A stretch of 64,000 bases of DNA from Mobula hypostoma. Lineage: Eukaryota. This document shows, one piece after another, positions 24,301-36,300 of this stretch. Under the pieces are notes generated by a model, which did not search any database, was not told where the DNA came from, and was given only the letters and a program-made list of their open reading frames with translations. Where the stretch lies: contig NC_086108.1 of assembly GCF_963921235.1 (NCBI RefSeq), forward strand, positions 42,472,001 to 42,536,000. Direction: 5' to 3'. Within the stretch, counting starts at the first letter, position 1, and each line of letters opens with the position of its first letter. A program made the position numbers and the translations under genes.

Positions 24301-27300
24301 ACTGAAGTTGGCTGAATAATCAGTATACAAATATCTTCACCTACTGCGATCCCCTATTGTGAAGACCTCTGCAGGCAAGCTAAAATGCTTCAACTGCAAA
24401 AAGACAGCTAAAACCAAAAGAGCATGAACGGTCAAGGGACAAAGGGCTCTGGCACTGTTGAGAGTTGGACATACCATAAAGATATACCATGTCAGACTAA
24501 TATCAAATGTGTTAGAAGGAAGTGGTACCAATAGTGACACAACTACTCTACGTCCACAAACAACAGGAATTCTGCAGATGCTGGAAATTCAAGCAACACA
24601 CATCAAAGTTGCTGGTGAACACAGCAGGCCAGGCAGCATCTCTAAGAAGAGGTACAGTCGACGTTTCAGGCCGAGACCCTTCGTCGTCGGCCTGAAACGT
24701 CAACTGTACCTTTTCCTAGAGATGCTGCCTGGCCTGCTGCGTTCACCAGCAACTTTGATGTGTGTTACTCTACGTCCAACTGGTGTGAACAATTATCTCT
24801 CTTAAAGCAATATATTTGCTGACCACAACCACCTCTTCCAAGTGGAAGAATACTAATGAAGGAACACCTTACTTAGGAATCTGCAGGATATTTCTTTGCA
24901 ATATTTAATGCCAGATTTCATCTGGTCACGAGTACACATCATGGACCACTGGCAGGTTTCCTTTTGAATGAGAACCACTGTGCCATTACTGCTAGTGGAT
25001 CTTCTCTGCTTTTGAAACTGACATATACGGGAATGATGATGGTGGCAGATTCATTCAAGATTTAAGATTGGTTAATGTAATTTCCAGTACACAAGTGTAA
25101 AGGAGAATGAAGTGTCTGACCAACTACCACAAACATGTCAGCTGACGAATTTAAGGAGCTAACACACTCCATCACTTTCACACCATCGAGAATGCTCTCC
25201 ATGCCATCCCACACCTACACTTTGGAAAGCCTAATCACTTCTACTACTGGCATGTCGGCAGAGACTGGGGACTGCAACACCAATGAGGACCATGCAGGTC
25301 TGGTCAAGGAAGGCTGAGGAGTACTTAAGGGACTGCTTTGTGGACTGGACCACATTCAAGGATTCAATATGCCACAGCCGTCACCAATTTCATCAAGACC
25401 AACATCAATGAATATGTGCCTTTAAAAACAGAGGTTTCCCAGATCAGAAGCCCTGGATGAATCAAGAGGTTCGCAGCTATGTCTGTGGCATTCAAGAACA
25501 GGATCGAGAACCCTACCAGAAATTGAGATACAGCTACGGGAGATCATCATGAGAGCAAAAAGGCAATTTGGTGTGAAGTCAGAAACACAATCAGATGCAC
25601 AACAGCTCTACCAGGATTTGCATGCTATTATGAGGCAAAACTCAACAGCATAAATAGTATACACGAGGAATTCTGCAGATGCTGGAAATTCAAGCAACAC
25701 ACATCAAAGTTGCTGGTGAACGCAGAAGGCCAGGCAGCATCTCTAGGAAGAGGTACAGTCGACGTTTCAGGCCGAGACCCTTCATCAGGACTAACTGAAA
25801 GAAGAGTTAGTAAGAGATTTGAAAGTGGGAGGGGGAGGGGGAGATCCAAAATGATAGGAGAAGACAGGAGGGGGAGGGATGGAGCCAACAGCTGGACAGG
25901 TGATTGGCAAAAGGAATATGAGAGGATCATGGGACAGGAGGCCCAGGGAGAAGGGGGGAAAAAACCCAGAAGATGGGCAAGGGGTATAGTCAGAGGGACA
26001 GAGGGAGAAAAAGGAGAGAGAGAGAAAGAATTGTGTATATAAATAAATAACGGAATGGGTACGAGGGGGAGGTGGGGCATTAGCGGAAGTTAGAGAAGTC
26101 AATGTTCATGCCATCAGGTTGAAGGCTATCCAGACAGAATATAAGGTGTTGTTCCTCCAACCTGAGTGTGGCTTCATTTTGGATTTCCCAATCTTCATTT
26201 GGGAGATTTTGGATCTCCCCCTCCCCCTCCCCTCCCACTTTCAAACATGTTACTAGTTCTTCCTTCAGTTAGTCCTGACGAAGGGTCTCGGCCTGAAAGG
26301 TCGACTGTACCTCTTCCTAGAGATGCTGCCTGGCCTGCTGCGTTCACCAGCAACTTTGATGTGTGTAGCATAAATAGTATTGATGCTTCACTCCCCAATG
26401 AGTACAATACCTTTTATGCATACTGTGAAAAGCAGAATAAACACCAAATACCCACAGTACATAGTGACCTTGTGACCCCATCTCAGAAACCAATGTCAGA
26501 ACATCATTCAGGAGGGTGGAGCTTCACAAAGCATCAAGCCCAAACAGTGTACGTGGCCAGGTACTGAAAACCTGTGCCAACCAATGTGCTGCAGTAACAA
26601 TCAACAAAGGCGCATCTCAAAGATGCATGCTTAGCCCACCATTCTACTCTCTCTACACTTACAACTGGGTAGATAGTCACAGCTTAAAAGCCATCTGTAA
26701 ATTTTGTAATGATATTACTTTTTTTTGGTGTGTGCCTGCATGCGTGCGAGTCTGTGCGTGTGCGTGCGTGCGTCCGTGATGATGTCTTTTTCATGTCTTT
26801 TTACAAGGCGCGGAGCGAGAGCGAGAGAGAGAGCGAGAGAGAGAGACTGCGTGGCCGCCACTCCTCACACAGGCATTTTTGCAGTATTTTTCCCTTTATT
26901 TTATGAGGTCGAGCAGCGATCTCGACACTCAACCTGGCATGGATGGAAAGCGTACTCAGGAGCGGACCCGACTGGTTTCAAACCAGGGAACCTCCGCTCC
27001 TGGGTCCGGCGCCGGTTTCATTGCGCCACCAGCCGGCCCCTAATGACATTACTGTCGTTGGTAGAATCTCAGATGGTGACACGTACAGAAGTGAGACCGG
27101 CCACCTGGTTAAGTGGTGTTACAACAACCTCAGATTCAGTGTCAACAAAGCCATGGAATTGATTGTGGACTTCAGGAAGGGGAAATACACTTGTCCTCAT
27201 TGAGGGCTCAGTGGTTCCTGGGCATCAAGACTAGATAACTTACCCTAGGCCCAACGGATTGATGGAATTATGAAGGTGGCACATTAGCAGCTCTACTTCA

Positions 27301-30300
27301 TTAGGAGTTTCAGGAGATTTGGTGCCTCCAAATTCTCTGTAAATGTCTATAGATGCGCAGTGGACTGGCTGCATCACAGCCTGTAATGGAGGTTCCAATG
27401 CACTGGGGGACAGAAAATCTCATATTCAGTAGCTTTAAGAAGGAAAACTAAAGCGGAACTTTTAGTGATTACTAATAGCATTAAAGAAATAGATAAAGTT
27501 TATTCAGTAACACCTAGTGAAGATCTATATAAGGGTGAAACTTCAAACACAACATGATCTGCTTTTGACTTTTCCCATTGAGCCGCAACTTTTGAAATCT
27601 AAAAGTCAATTTTATATACATGGGGATAAGTCAGGTAAATTGTTGGCCGGTCAGCTTAAAGCAAGCATGGCTAGGAGGCAGATTTTGAAAATACGAATAA
27701 CTGATAGAACTGAAACGTCAGATTGTCAGGAAATTAATGAGCTATTTTTGGAGTTTTACTCTAATCTTTATAAATCTGATTTTCAAGACAATACTACTTC
27801 TATGAATAGATTCTTGCAAAGATTGAATATACCCAAAATTTCTATTCACGATATGAATACATTAGATGCGCCTATTAAACGAGAGGAAATAGCAAGGGCT
27901 ATATCCTCTTTTCAATCAGGTAAAGCTCCAGGACCAGATGGATTTACAGTAGCATTTTTTAAGACTTTTACTGAAATACTTACACCTCATTTATGCCAAA
28001 TTTTCACTGATTCTATATCCTCTGGGACCCTTCTGAAAACTTTCTATGGGGCATCAATTTCATTAATTCCCAAAAAAAAAGATTATCTGAATGTGCCTCT
28101 TACAGACCAATTGTCTTATTAAATGTGGTTTCCAAAATTCTTTCTAAGATTTTGGCTAACAGGCTCGAGAATATTTTACCTAAGGTTATTTCTAAGGATC
28201 AAACTGGATTTACTAAGAATAGATATTCATATTTTAATATTTGGAGATTATCAAACATTATTCATTCCTCTCCATCTAAAGAATCCGAATGTGTTGTTTC
28301 CCTTGATGCAGAGAAAGCCTTTGATAGGGTAGACTGGTCCTATTTATTCGAGGTTTTAGAAAGATTTAATTTTAGTCCAGGTTTTATTTCCTGGATTAAG
28401 CTGATCTATCAAGCTCCTATGGCAGCAGTTATAACTAACAATCAAAAGTCTCCTTATTTTAGGCTATACAGAAGTACCTGGGGGGGTTGTCCTCTTAGTC
28501 CGCTGTTATTCAACCTGGCTTTAGAACCTCTTGTTATTGCTGTTCGGGATTCCAATAATGTTCAAGGTATTAAGAGAGGAGATAAAGCGCATAAGTTTTG
28601 CTGTATGCAGATGACTTGTTAGTTTATATTTCAGATCCTAAGAAATCTATTCTTTCTACGTTATCTATATTTTCTGAATTTTCTGAATTTGGCTCTTCCC
28701 ACTTTCTTCAGACCAAGGGTGTAGCTATGGGAACTCGCATGGGCCCTAGCTATGTCTGCCTCTTCGTTGGTTATGTGGAACAGTCTGTGCTCCAAACCTA
28801 TTCTGGTACTGCTCCCCAACTTTTCCTTCGATACATTGACGACTACATTGGTGCTGCTTCCTGCACCCATGCTGAGCTCATCAATTTCATCAACTTTACT
28901 TCTAACTTCCACCCAGCCCTCAAATTCAATTGGTCTATCTCGGACACTTCTCTCCCCTTTCTCGATCTCTCGGTCTCCATCTCTGGGGACAGACTGTCCA
29001 CTGACATCTTCTACAAGCCCACTGCCTCTCATAACTACCTCAACTATACCTCTTCCCACCCCGCCACATGCAAAAATGTCATTCCCTATTCCCAGTTCCT
29101 CCGTCTCTGCCGCATCTGCTCCAAGGATGAGGGTTTCCGTTCCAGGACATCTCAAATGTCCTCTTTCTTTAAAGATCGTGGTTTCCCTTCTGCTGTCATT
29201 AATGATGCCCTCGCCCACACCTCCTCCATTTCCTGCACTTCAGCTTTCACCCCATCCTCCCTCAACCACAACAGGGACAGAGTTCCCCTTGTCCTCACCT
29301 ACCACCCCACTAGCCTCCGCATCCAACACATTATCCTCCGCAACTTCCGCCACCTTCAACAGGACCCCACCATTAACCACATCTTCCCCTCTCCATCCCT
29401 CTCTGCTTTCCGCAGGGATTGGTCCCTCCGCAACTCCCTTATCCGCACATCCATCCCCACGGATCTCCCACCTGGCACTTACCCCTGTAAGCGCAAGTGC
29501 TACACCTGTCCCTACACCTCCTCTCTTGCCACCATTCAGGGCCCTAAACAGTACTTCCAAGTGAGGCAACACTTCACTTGAGAGTCTGTTGGGGTCACCT
29601 ATTGCATCCGGTGCTCCTGGTGCAGCCTCCTCTACATCGGTGAAACCCAACGCAGATTGGGGGACCGCTTCGTCGAGCACCTCCGCTCCGTCCGCCAAAA
29701 CAGACAGGATCTCCCAGTAGCCACCCACTTCAACTCTGCTTCCCACTCCCATTCAGATATGTCCATACATGGCCTCCTCTACTGTCATGATGAGGCTAAG
29801 CTCAGGTTGGAGGAGCAACACCTCATATACCATCTAGGTAGTCTCCAGCCCCTTGGTGTGAACATAGAATTCTCCAACTTCCGGTAATTCCCTCCCCCTC
29901 CCTTCCCCTATCCCTATGTCACTCTGCCCCCTCCCCCAGCTGCCTATCACCTCTGTGCTTCCCCTCCCCCACCCCTTTGTCTTTCCCCTTACTGGTTTTT
30001 CACCTGGAACCTACCAGCCTTCTCCTTCCCACCCTCCCCCCACCTTCTTTATAGGGCCTCTGCCCCTTCCCTCTACAGTCCTGACGAAGGGTTCCGGCCC
30101 GAAACGTCAACCGATCTTTTCCACGGATGCTGCCCGACCTGCTGAGTTCCTCCAGCGTGTTGTGAGTGTTGCTTTGACCCCAGCATCTGCAGATTATTTT
30201 GTGCTTATAATTGCAAACTGTAGTCAATAATAATGGAAGAATCAACCTAACACAAATAACTTTAAATGTTACCTATCACAAAGTTCTTGTGCTATCATAA

Positions 30301-33300
30301 GATGTTTCAGATGGTATTCAATGGCCTTTTCATAGTCCTGAAGCAGGGTGTAAGTGTTTCCCAGGCTGTAGCAGGCTTGTGCTTCCACAGCCCTGTCTCT
30401 TAGTTGTCGAGCCAGATCAAATGTTCTCCTAAATAGACAGCAAAAATTTGGGTCAAGATTTTTACTCCAACATTCAAGTATTTTAGTGTAAATGTCATAC
30501 TTCAGTTTTAAAAAAACAAACTGAAAGTTTTTACAACCACTTCTACCCTCCAGCCATATCAATCCCTACACGCCAGCTCCTTATGAAAATGAATAAATCT
30601 TACACATTGCATTTACATTGGCATACCACTAATCTAAGAGTGATCTCAGTAAACCTTCCACAGTCCTACCAGTGGCAACTCACTGCAAAAGCTGTCCCAA
30701 TCCTCATGTGGCTCAGGAACATAACATGGAATCAGGACAAATAAACACCACTCAGAAAACCCGACAATGATCTGTTGTACTGATGTAACTATATGTTATG
30801 ATTATGTGGTTTTTGTCAGTTTTAGTCTTTGTCTGCTTTGTGTTCCTGTGATGTCATACTGGAGGAATATTGTATCATTTCTTAATGCATGCATTACTAA
30901 ATGACAATAAACGAGGACTGAGTGTCCTCATAGTCTAAATAATCTAAAAAATTTGATTTTTAGAGCCAAGCCACATACCCTGATACAGCTAAAACACACT
31001 TAGATAAAAACTATAGTCCTCTGCAGTTCATGTCTGTAACTAAGAAATCCCGGCTACAATGTCCACTCTGCTATGAATTCCTTGAGTAGGTCCCGTGGTA
31101 GGTGATGAGAAATCTGAACAATTGTACACAAGCTGACAAAACCATAGAAGAGTTGAAGAGATGCTAATAGCTATCAGCCATTTTATGACTATTCACACAT
31201 GCAGAAATCCCAAACCATAACACATACTCACATACAATGCTACAGTCATTTCTTCTATAATATCTGGATTATTATAACAGTATTCAAAGCCTGCCTAGAT
31301 GACTGAGTGTATTCCAAAGTAAATGGGCATTGTAATTGGTTCCTGGTCAATACCTAGTTAATTGTTTAATATCCAGGACTTCATATAGGTTATTGAAAAT
31401 GGCCAAAGCATCTCTTATTAAAGATCAAACAAGCTACATGTTTTGTGTTCATTAACTATGGACGCTTATCGAGTAGCAACTTTTCCAATCCTTCACCATC
31501 TGAACTCCCCCTTACCCTAAACACAAAGGTAAAACAATATAATGGTTTCACAACGTTTAGCTATAAATTTTTAAAGACTGAAGGCTTCAAATATACATAA
31601 TGCTCACTTGTAATATTCAGCAGCCACTGCAAATTCACCAAGAAAGACATGGGCATTTCCCAAATTGCTGCAAGCTCTCCTTTCAGCAGATTTATCTCCA
31701 AACTCTTTTGCAATTTTTAAGCGCTGCAATCAAGAAATGAATTAATTAAAGACAAAAGCTAATTGCAATTTACGCCCAAGAAATTTACTGCATGATACGG
31801 AACGCTTGTATCTGACATGGCAAATTGAATTTTTCTCTGAATTGTATGTATTTAGATTCAGGATCCTTTACACTAATTTATTAATATATACTATGAATGT
31901 CTGAATTATTTGTAAATCACTTAAGCAACCAGTCTTGGAAATTCATTGAATAGATAATATATTAAATCTGTTCTCTAAAACTCCAAGTTGGCCAGGTGAA
32001 TGCAGGTACGGAGGACTGCAAGTAAAATGCATCCCTAAGTTTAGAACATGTGCTTCATATTCACAGGCCAACCATCTACTACTTTAAGAATAGTTTCTAA
32101 TCTAATTTTAAGAAGTAAAACTAATAAGAAATAAAGCATAAAGAATGAGTACAGTTGAGAGCTTTACATCTTAAAGGTGTTTGCAGTGAGATTGACTAGC
32201 TTCAGGTTTATGCATTTAGCACATGAAATACAAAGAGATCCAAACTTAATTTTTCATCAAGATGTAAAATATTCTTTCCTAATCCATGCAAAACTACATT
32301 AACACAAATAATCTATTTAAACCTCCATAATGGCACAATGAAATATAGTACAATGCCTTTGACATCCTATACCTCCTGATGGGATCGCACTGCTTTTCTA
32401 AAGTTCCCCAAAAGATAATGTGTATTTCCCAGATTCCCATAAGCACGTCCCTGGGCTGCTCTGTCTCCAAGCTCTTTCACCATTGCCAGGTTTGCCCTGT
32501 GAATAAAATTGTTACAGATTAAACACTTAATCATTACAACCTTGCTGAACACAAGAAAATATAATGATGAATTTGCATCATAAATTAATGACTATCCATA
32601 TTAACAACTCCAGTGACTTAGTTTGAAATTCAGCTGTTACCAGAAGATTTGACCCTTGAGGAAAACATGGAAACAGCAGGTGTGATCAAAAGAGCAATGT
32701 TAAGATCCATTGTACTGTCTTTCCCTCTCTCATCTTCATTTCTCCCCTTCCAGGCACAAACCAGTACCACTGCTTGGGAAACTTAAGGACTAATCAAAAT
32801 TGTCAAGCAAACATCCCACTGGAGGTGCACAAATGAACTCTGCCATTTTGAAAAACGTAACTTAGCCTTTAAAGACGGAGTATGTTCTACACACTTTTGG
32901 TTTGGTATCTTTCTACAAAAATACATTTAGTCCAACCTGTTAATACTTTGGGTTTTGATTGGACTGGCTTAATTTCTGCAAGTTTTTTCCCCCCAATTTC
33001 TTTGTTCTACCTGACAAATAAATCTTTAATGTTGTAGTATACCAACATAAATTTGATTGCAGTATGAGCTCTGAGGGAAACTTGGACAAATTTGAGTTGC
33101 TGTCCTTAGCATTGGAGGCTGAATGGTGACTTAATAAAGGTCTTTCAAATCATAAATGTAGATGGTCAGAATCTTTTCCCCAGGATAGAAATATCAAACA
33201 ACAAAGACGTGCTTTTAAAGTCAGAAGGGGGGATTTTTAAAAATTATTATTAGACAGAGTGGTAGGTGTCTAAGATGAGTTCAAAGTAAGCTTATTATTG

Positions 33301-36300
33301 AAGTATATGTATTACCATATACTACCTTGGAATTCACTTTTTTGCAGGCACATACAGGAAAAAGAAATACAATAGAATTTTACAAAAAAAGAGACTTACA
33401 AACACCGATGTTCAAAAAGACGAACTGTAGAAATAAAAGTAATATTGAGATAATGAGTCCTTGAAAGTGAGTCTGTGGATTGTAGGATCAGTTCAGATTA
33501 GTGGTAAGTGAAGTTATCCACTCTGGTTCAGAAGCCTGGTGGTTGTAGGGTAATAAATGATCCTGAGTCTGGTGGCGTGGGACCTAAAGGCTCTGTAACT
33601 CTTACCCTTAAAGTACAGAAGATACTCTAAGGTTAGAAGGAACAAGAAGGGTGGAACAAGATTTTATATTATGTTAAGTAGGGAGTGGTAGGTGCTTGGA
33701 ATAAGGTACCGGGGTAATAGTGGAAGCAGGCACTTTGGTGGAGTTTAAGAGGCTTTTAAATAGACTCAGGAATATGAAGGGAATGGAAGGATATAGATGA
33801 TACATGGGAAGAGGATATTTAGTATAAATTAGTATCACAGACAATGCGACATCATGGGCTGAATGCCCTGTCCAATGCTATACAGTTCCATGTTCTTAAT
33901 ATTCTCTGGAGGTAATAAAATACCCTTCGAGATCAGAAAGTTATCTGTTTCCTGCAAATTATTTAATGACTTGGCATTTATGCCCTTCTTATGATAGCCA
34001 ATTCCACACACACTTACAATGGCTTCATTTGCAAAGTAAGTAACTACAATACGAGCATTTAAAAGCAGAAATCGATTTGTGGTTAAAACTACAACAATCT
34101 GAACTCTACAAAATTACATTAGCAAGCAGGCTCATGTGACAAAGTTTAATCTCTTCATTGTGTTCAAGTATATTTATCAACAATTGCTTTAATGCTCTTT
34201 CAGATACAAATTTATGCTAAACAAGGAATCAAAATATCCTCTATTAACAAAAAGATATATATGCTTTTCCCTTCTGTGAAGCAAATGTTAGATCATACAA
34301 CATGGAACAGACCAATTGGACGACTGTGTCCATGCAGACCAATAGGCACCCATTTATATTAATTTCATCTTCAACATTTAGCTCATAGCCTTCTACACCT
34401 ATGCAACTTATGTGCTCATTGAGACACTTCTTCCATCAATCTCTGACAGTGCATCCAGATTTTCACCAGTCTGGGTGAAAAAGGTTCCTCTCAGATTCAT
34501 TCTAAATCTCTTACTCCTTATCCTGAATTTATGCTTTCTAGTTTTATTTACCTTTTGATATGCAGAAACGTTTCCTGCCATCTACCCTGTCTATATCCCT
34601 CAATTTTGTATCTTATAATTGTGTCCACTCTTAACCTTCTCTACCCGAGGGAATTCTCAACAGGCCTCTCAGAATTGGGTTTACTAACGTTGGTATATGT
34701 CGTGCAATTTGTTGTTATAGATTTAATATCACTGGCTTATCTTTCCAATCTCTCCTCATAAGTGAAACACTCCATCCCAAGCAACATCCAGGCAAATCTT
34801 CTCTACACCTTCTCCAGTGCTATTACATCATTCCCACCTTCGTTCGCGAAGCAAAGCCATGAATGAATTGGCAGAGGCGGGAGGAGAAGATGGCAGCGCG
34901 ACGCAGCGCGCGCGGCCATTCCAAATAATATCGTTATGTGCTAACTAGGGGGCCGTGCACAATCCTGATATGATGGAGACAGACGTGAAGAAGCACGGAG
35001 GAACATCTGGAGAAACTTCTGAAATGCCTGCTTCGCTGCTGCTGCTACTGTGCGATCGAGAATCTCTGGAGGGGAAAGCCCCAAATCCTCAGCTTTGCCT
35101 GTTGCCTGTTGCCGAGGCCAGGGTCGAAGCACTCAGCAGAGATGGTGCTCGGTGCTCGGTGTCGGAGAGCTGGTCGGAGGCTCGGAGTTTTCGAACGGAC
35201 TCGGAGTCGGACTGTGATCGGATGCTTCCAGGATGCTGCATCAGCAAATTTGTGGCACTGGAGGTTCACTGTCTGTGTGAGATGATGGGACTTTCGAAAG
35301 AGTTTGAGACTTTTTACCGTGCCCATGGTCTGTTCTTATCAAATTACGGTATTGCTTTGCACTGTTGTAACTATATGTTATAATTATGTGGTTTTTGTCA
35401 GTTTTTCCGTCGGTTTGTCATGTGTTTCTGTGATATCATTCTGGAAAAACATTGCATCATTTCTTAATGCATGCATTACTAAATGACAATAAAAGAGGAC
35501 TGCGTGTCCTCATAATCTAAATCTAAAAATCTAAATTGTGTGGTGACCAGAAATACATGCAGTATTCCAGGTCAACGCTGAACAAGTTAGAGCATAAGCT
35601 CTCCGCTGTTGTATTCAAAGCTCCATGGAATAGAGACTGGTCTCTCAAATGCTTTTTTTTAAAACCATGTACCATCACCGCTACTTTCAAGGATCTATGA
35701 ATTGCATTTCAAGGTTTCCCCAATACTCCCATTCATGGTGTACATTAATAGAAGCAGGATTAAACTCCATCTGCATTTCTGAGTCCAATTCGTAACTACA
35801 ATTATCATTCTGTAATCAAAAATCACACTCCACGTTATCAACAACTCCATTAATCTTCATCCATTAATTATGCCCCCTACATTCACAATGAATTTATTAC
35901 AAACAGCACCAATTCCTGGGTAACTATTAGTCACAGGCATCCAGTCACAAAAATAGCCCAACATATCACCTTTATCACCTATTGTCAAGCAAATTTTGAA
36001 TCAAATTTGTTGACGCCAGGATTCCATTGGCCCTAATCATTGGACCATTCTCCTGTGAGACCTTATAGAAGGATTCACTGAACTTTGTGTAACCTGCATC
36101 TACCTCACTGCCCTCATCAATACATTTTAAGCTGTGAATATTAGGGCAAAGAGGTAATACATCAACAAAAATAAGCATTATTTCCTCTGATATTTTCCCT
36201 CCCCCAAAATGGTTAGGGATGTAACATCCATCATTACCACAAATTTATGACAAGAGGAATATTTAAAAATAAAGTAAAATGATGTGCATTGGCAGGATCC

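Larger units (their letters stand above)
25270..27403 (+). mobile_element. Decayed Rex1/Babar LINE interrupted by a PLE (25661-26366) and a tRNA SINE (26720-27040)
   Basis: KPWMNQEV, VLKTCANQ, GASQRCMLSP, KFCNDIT (from FADDT) and ELIVDFRK remnants. Confidence 0.8.

Noticed and set aside
24557..24765. miRNA precursor or DNA-transposon MITE
   Set aside because: The arms are PLE pLTR sequence found in many copies here; the TSD is long and the ends are asymmetric, unlike a TIR element.
26975..27040. tRNA gene
   Set aside because: A and B boxes only; it continues into a SINE body with A-tail and TSD, and no complete cloverleaf is evident.
28661..29752. Overlapping ORFs (185 aa -, 270 aa +, 170 aa -) over the PLE
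   Set aside because: Shadow frames of a C-rich RT coding sequence; no recognisable domains.
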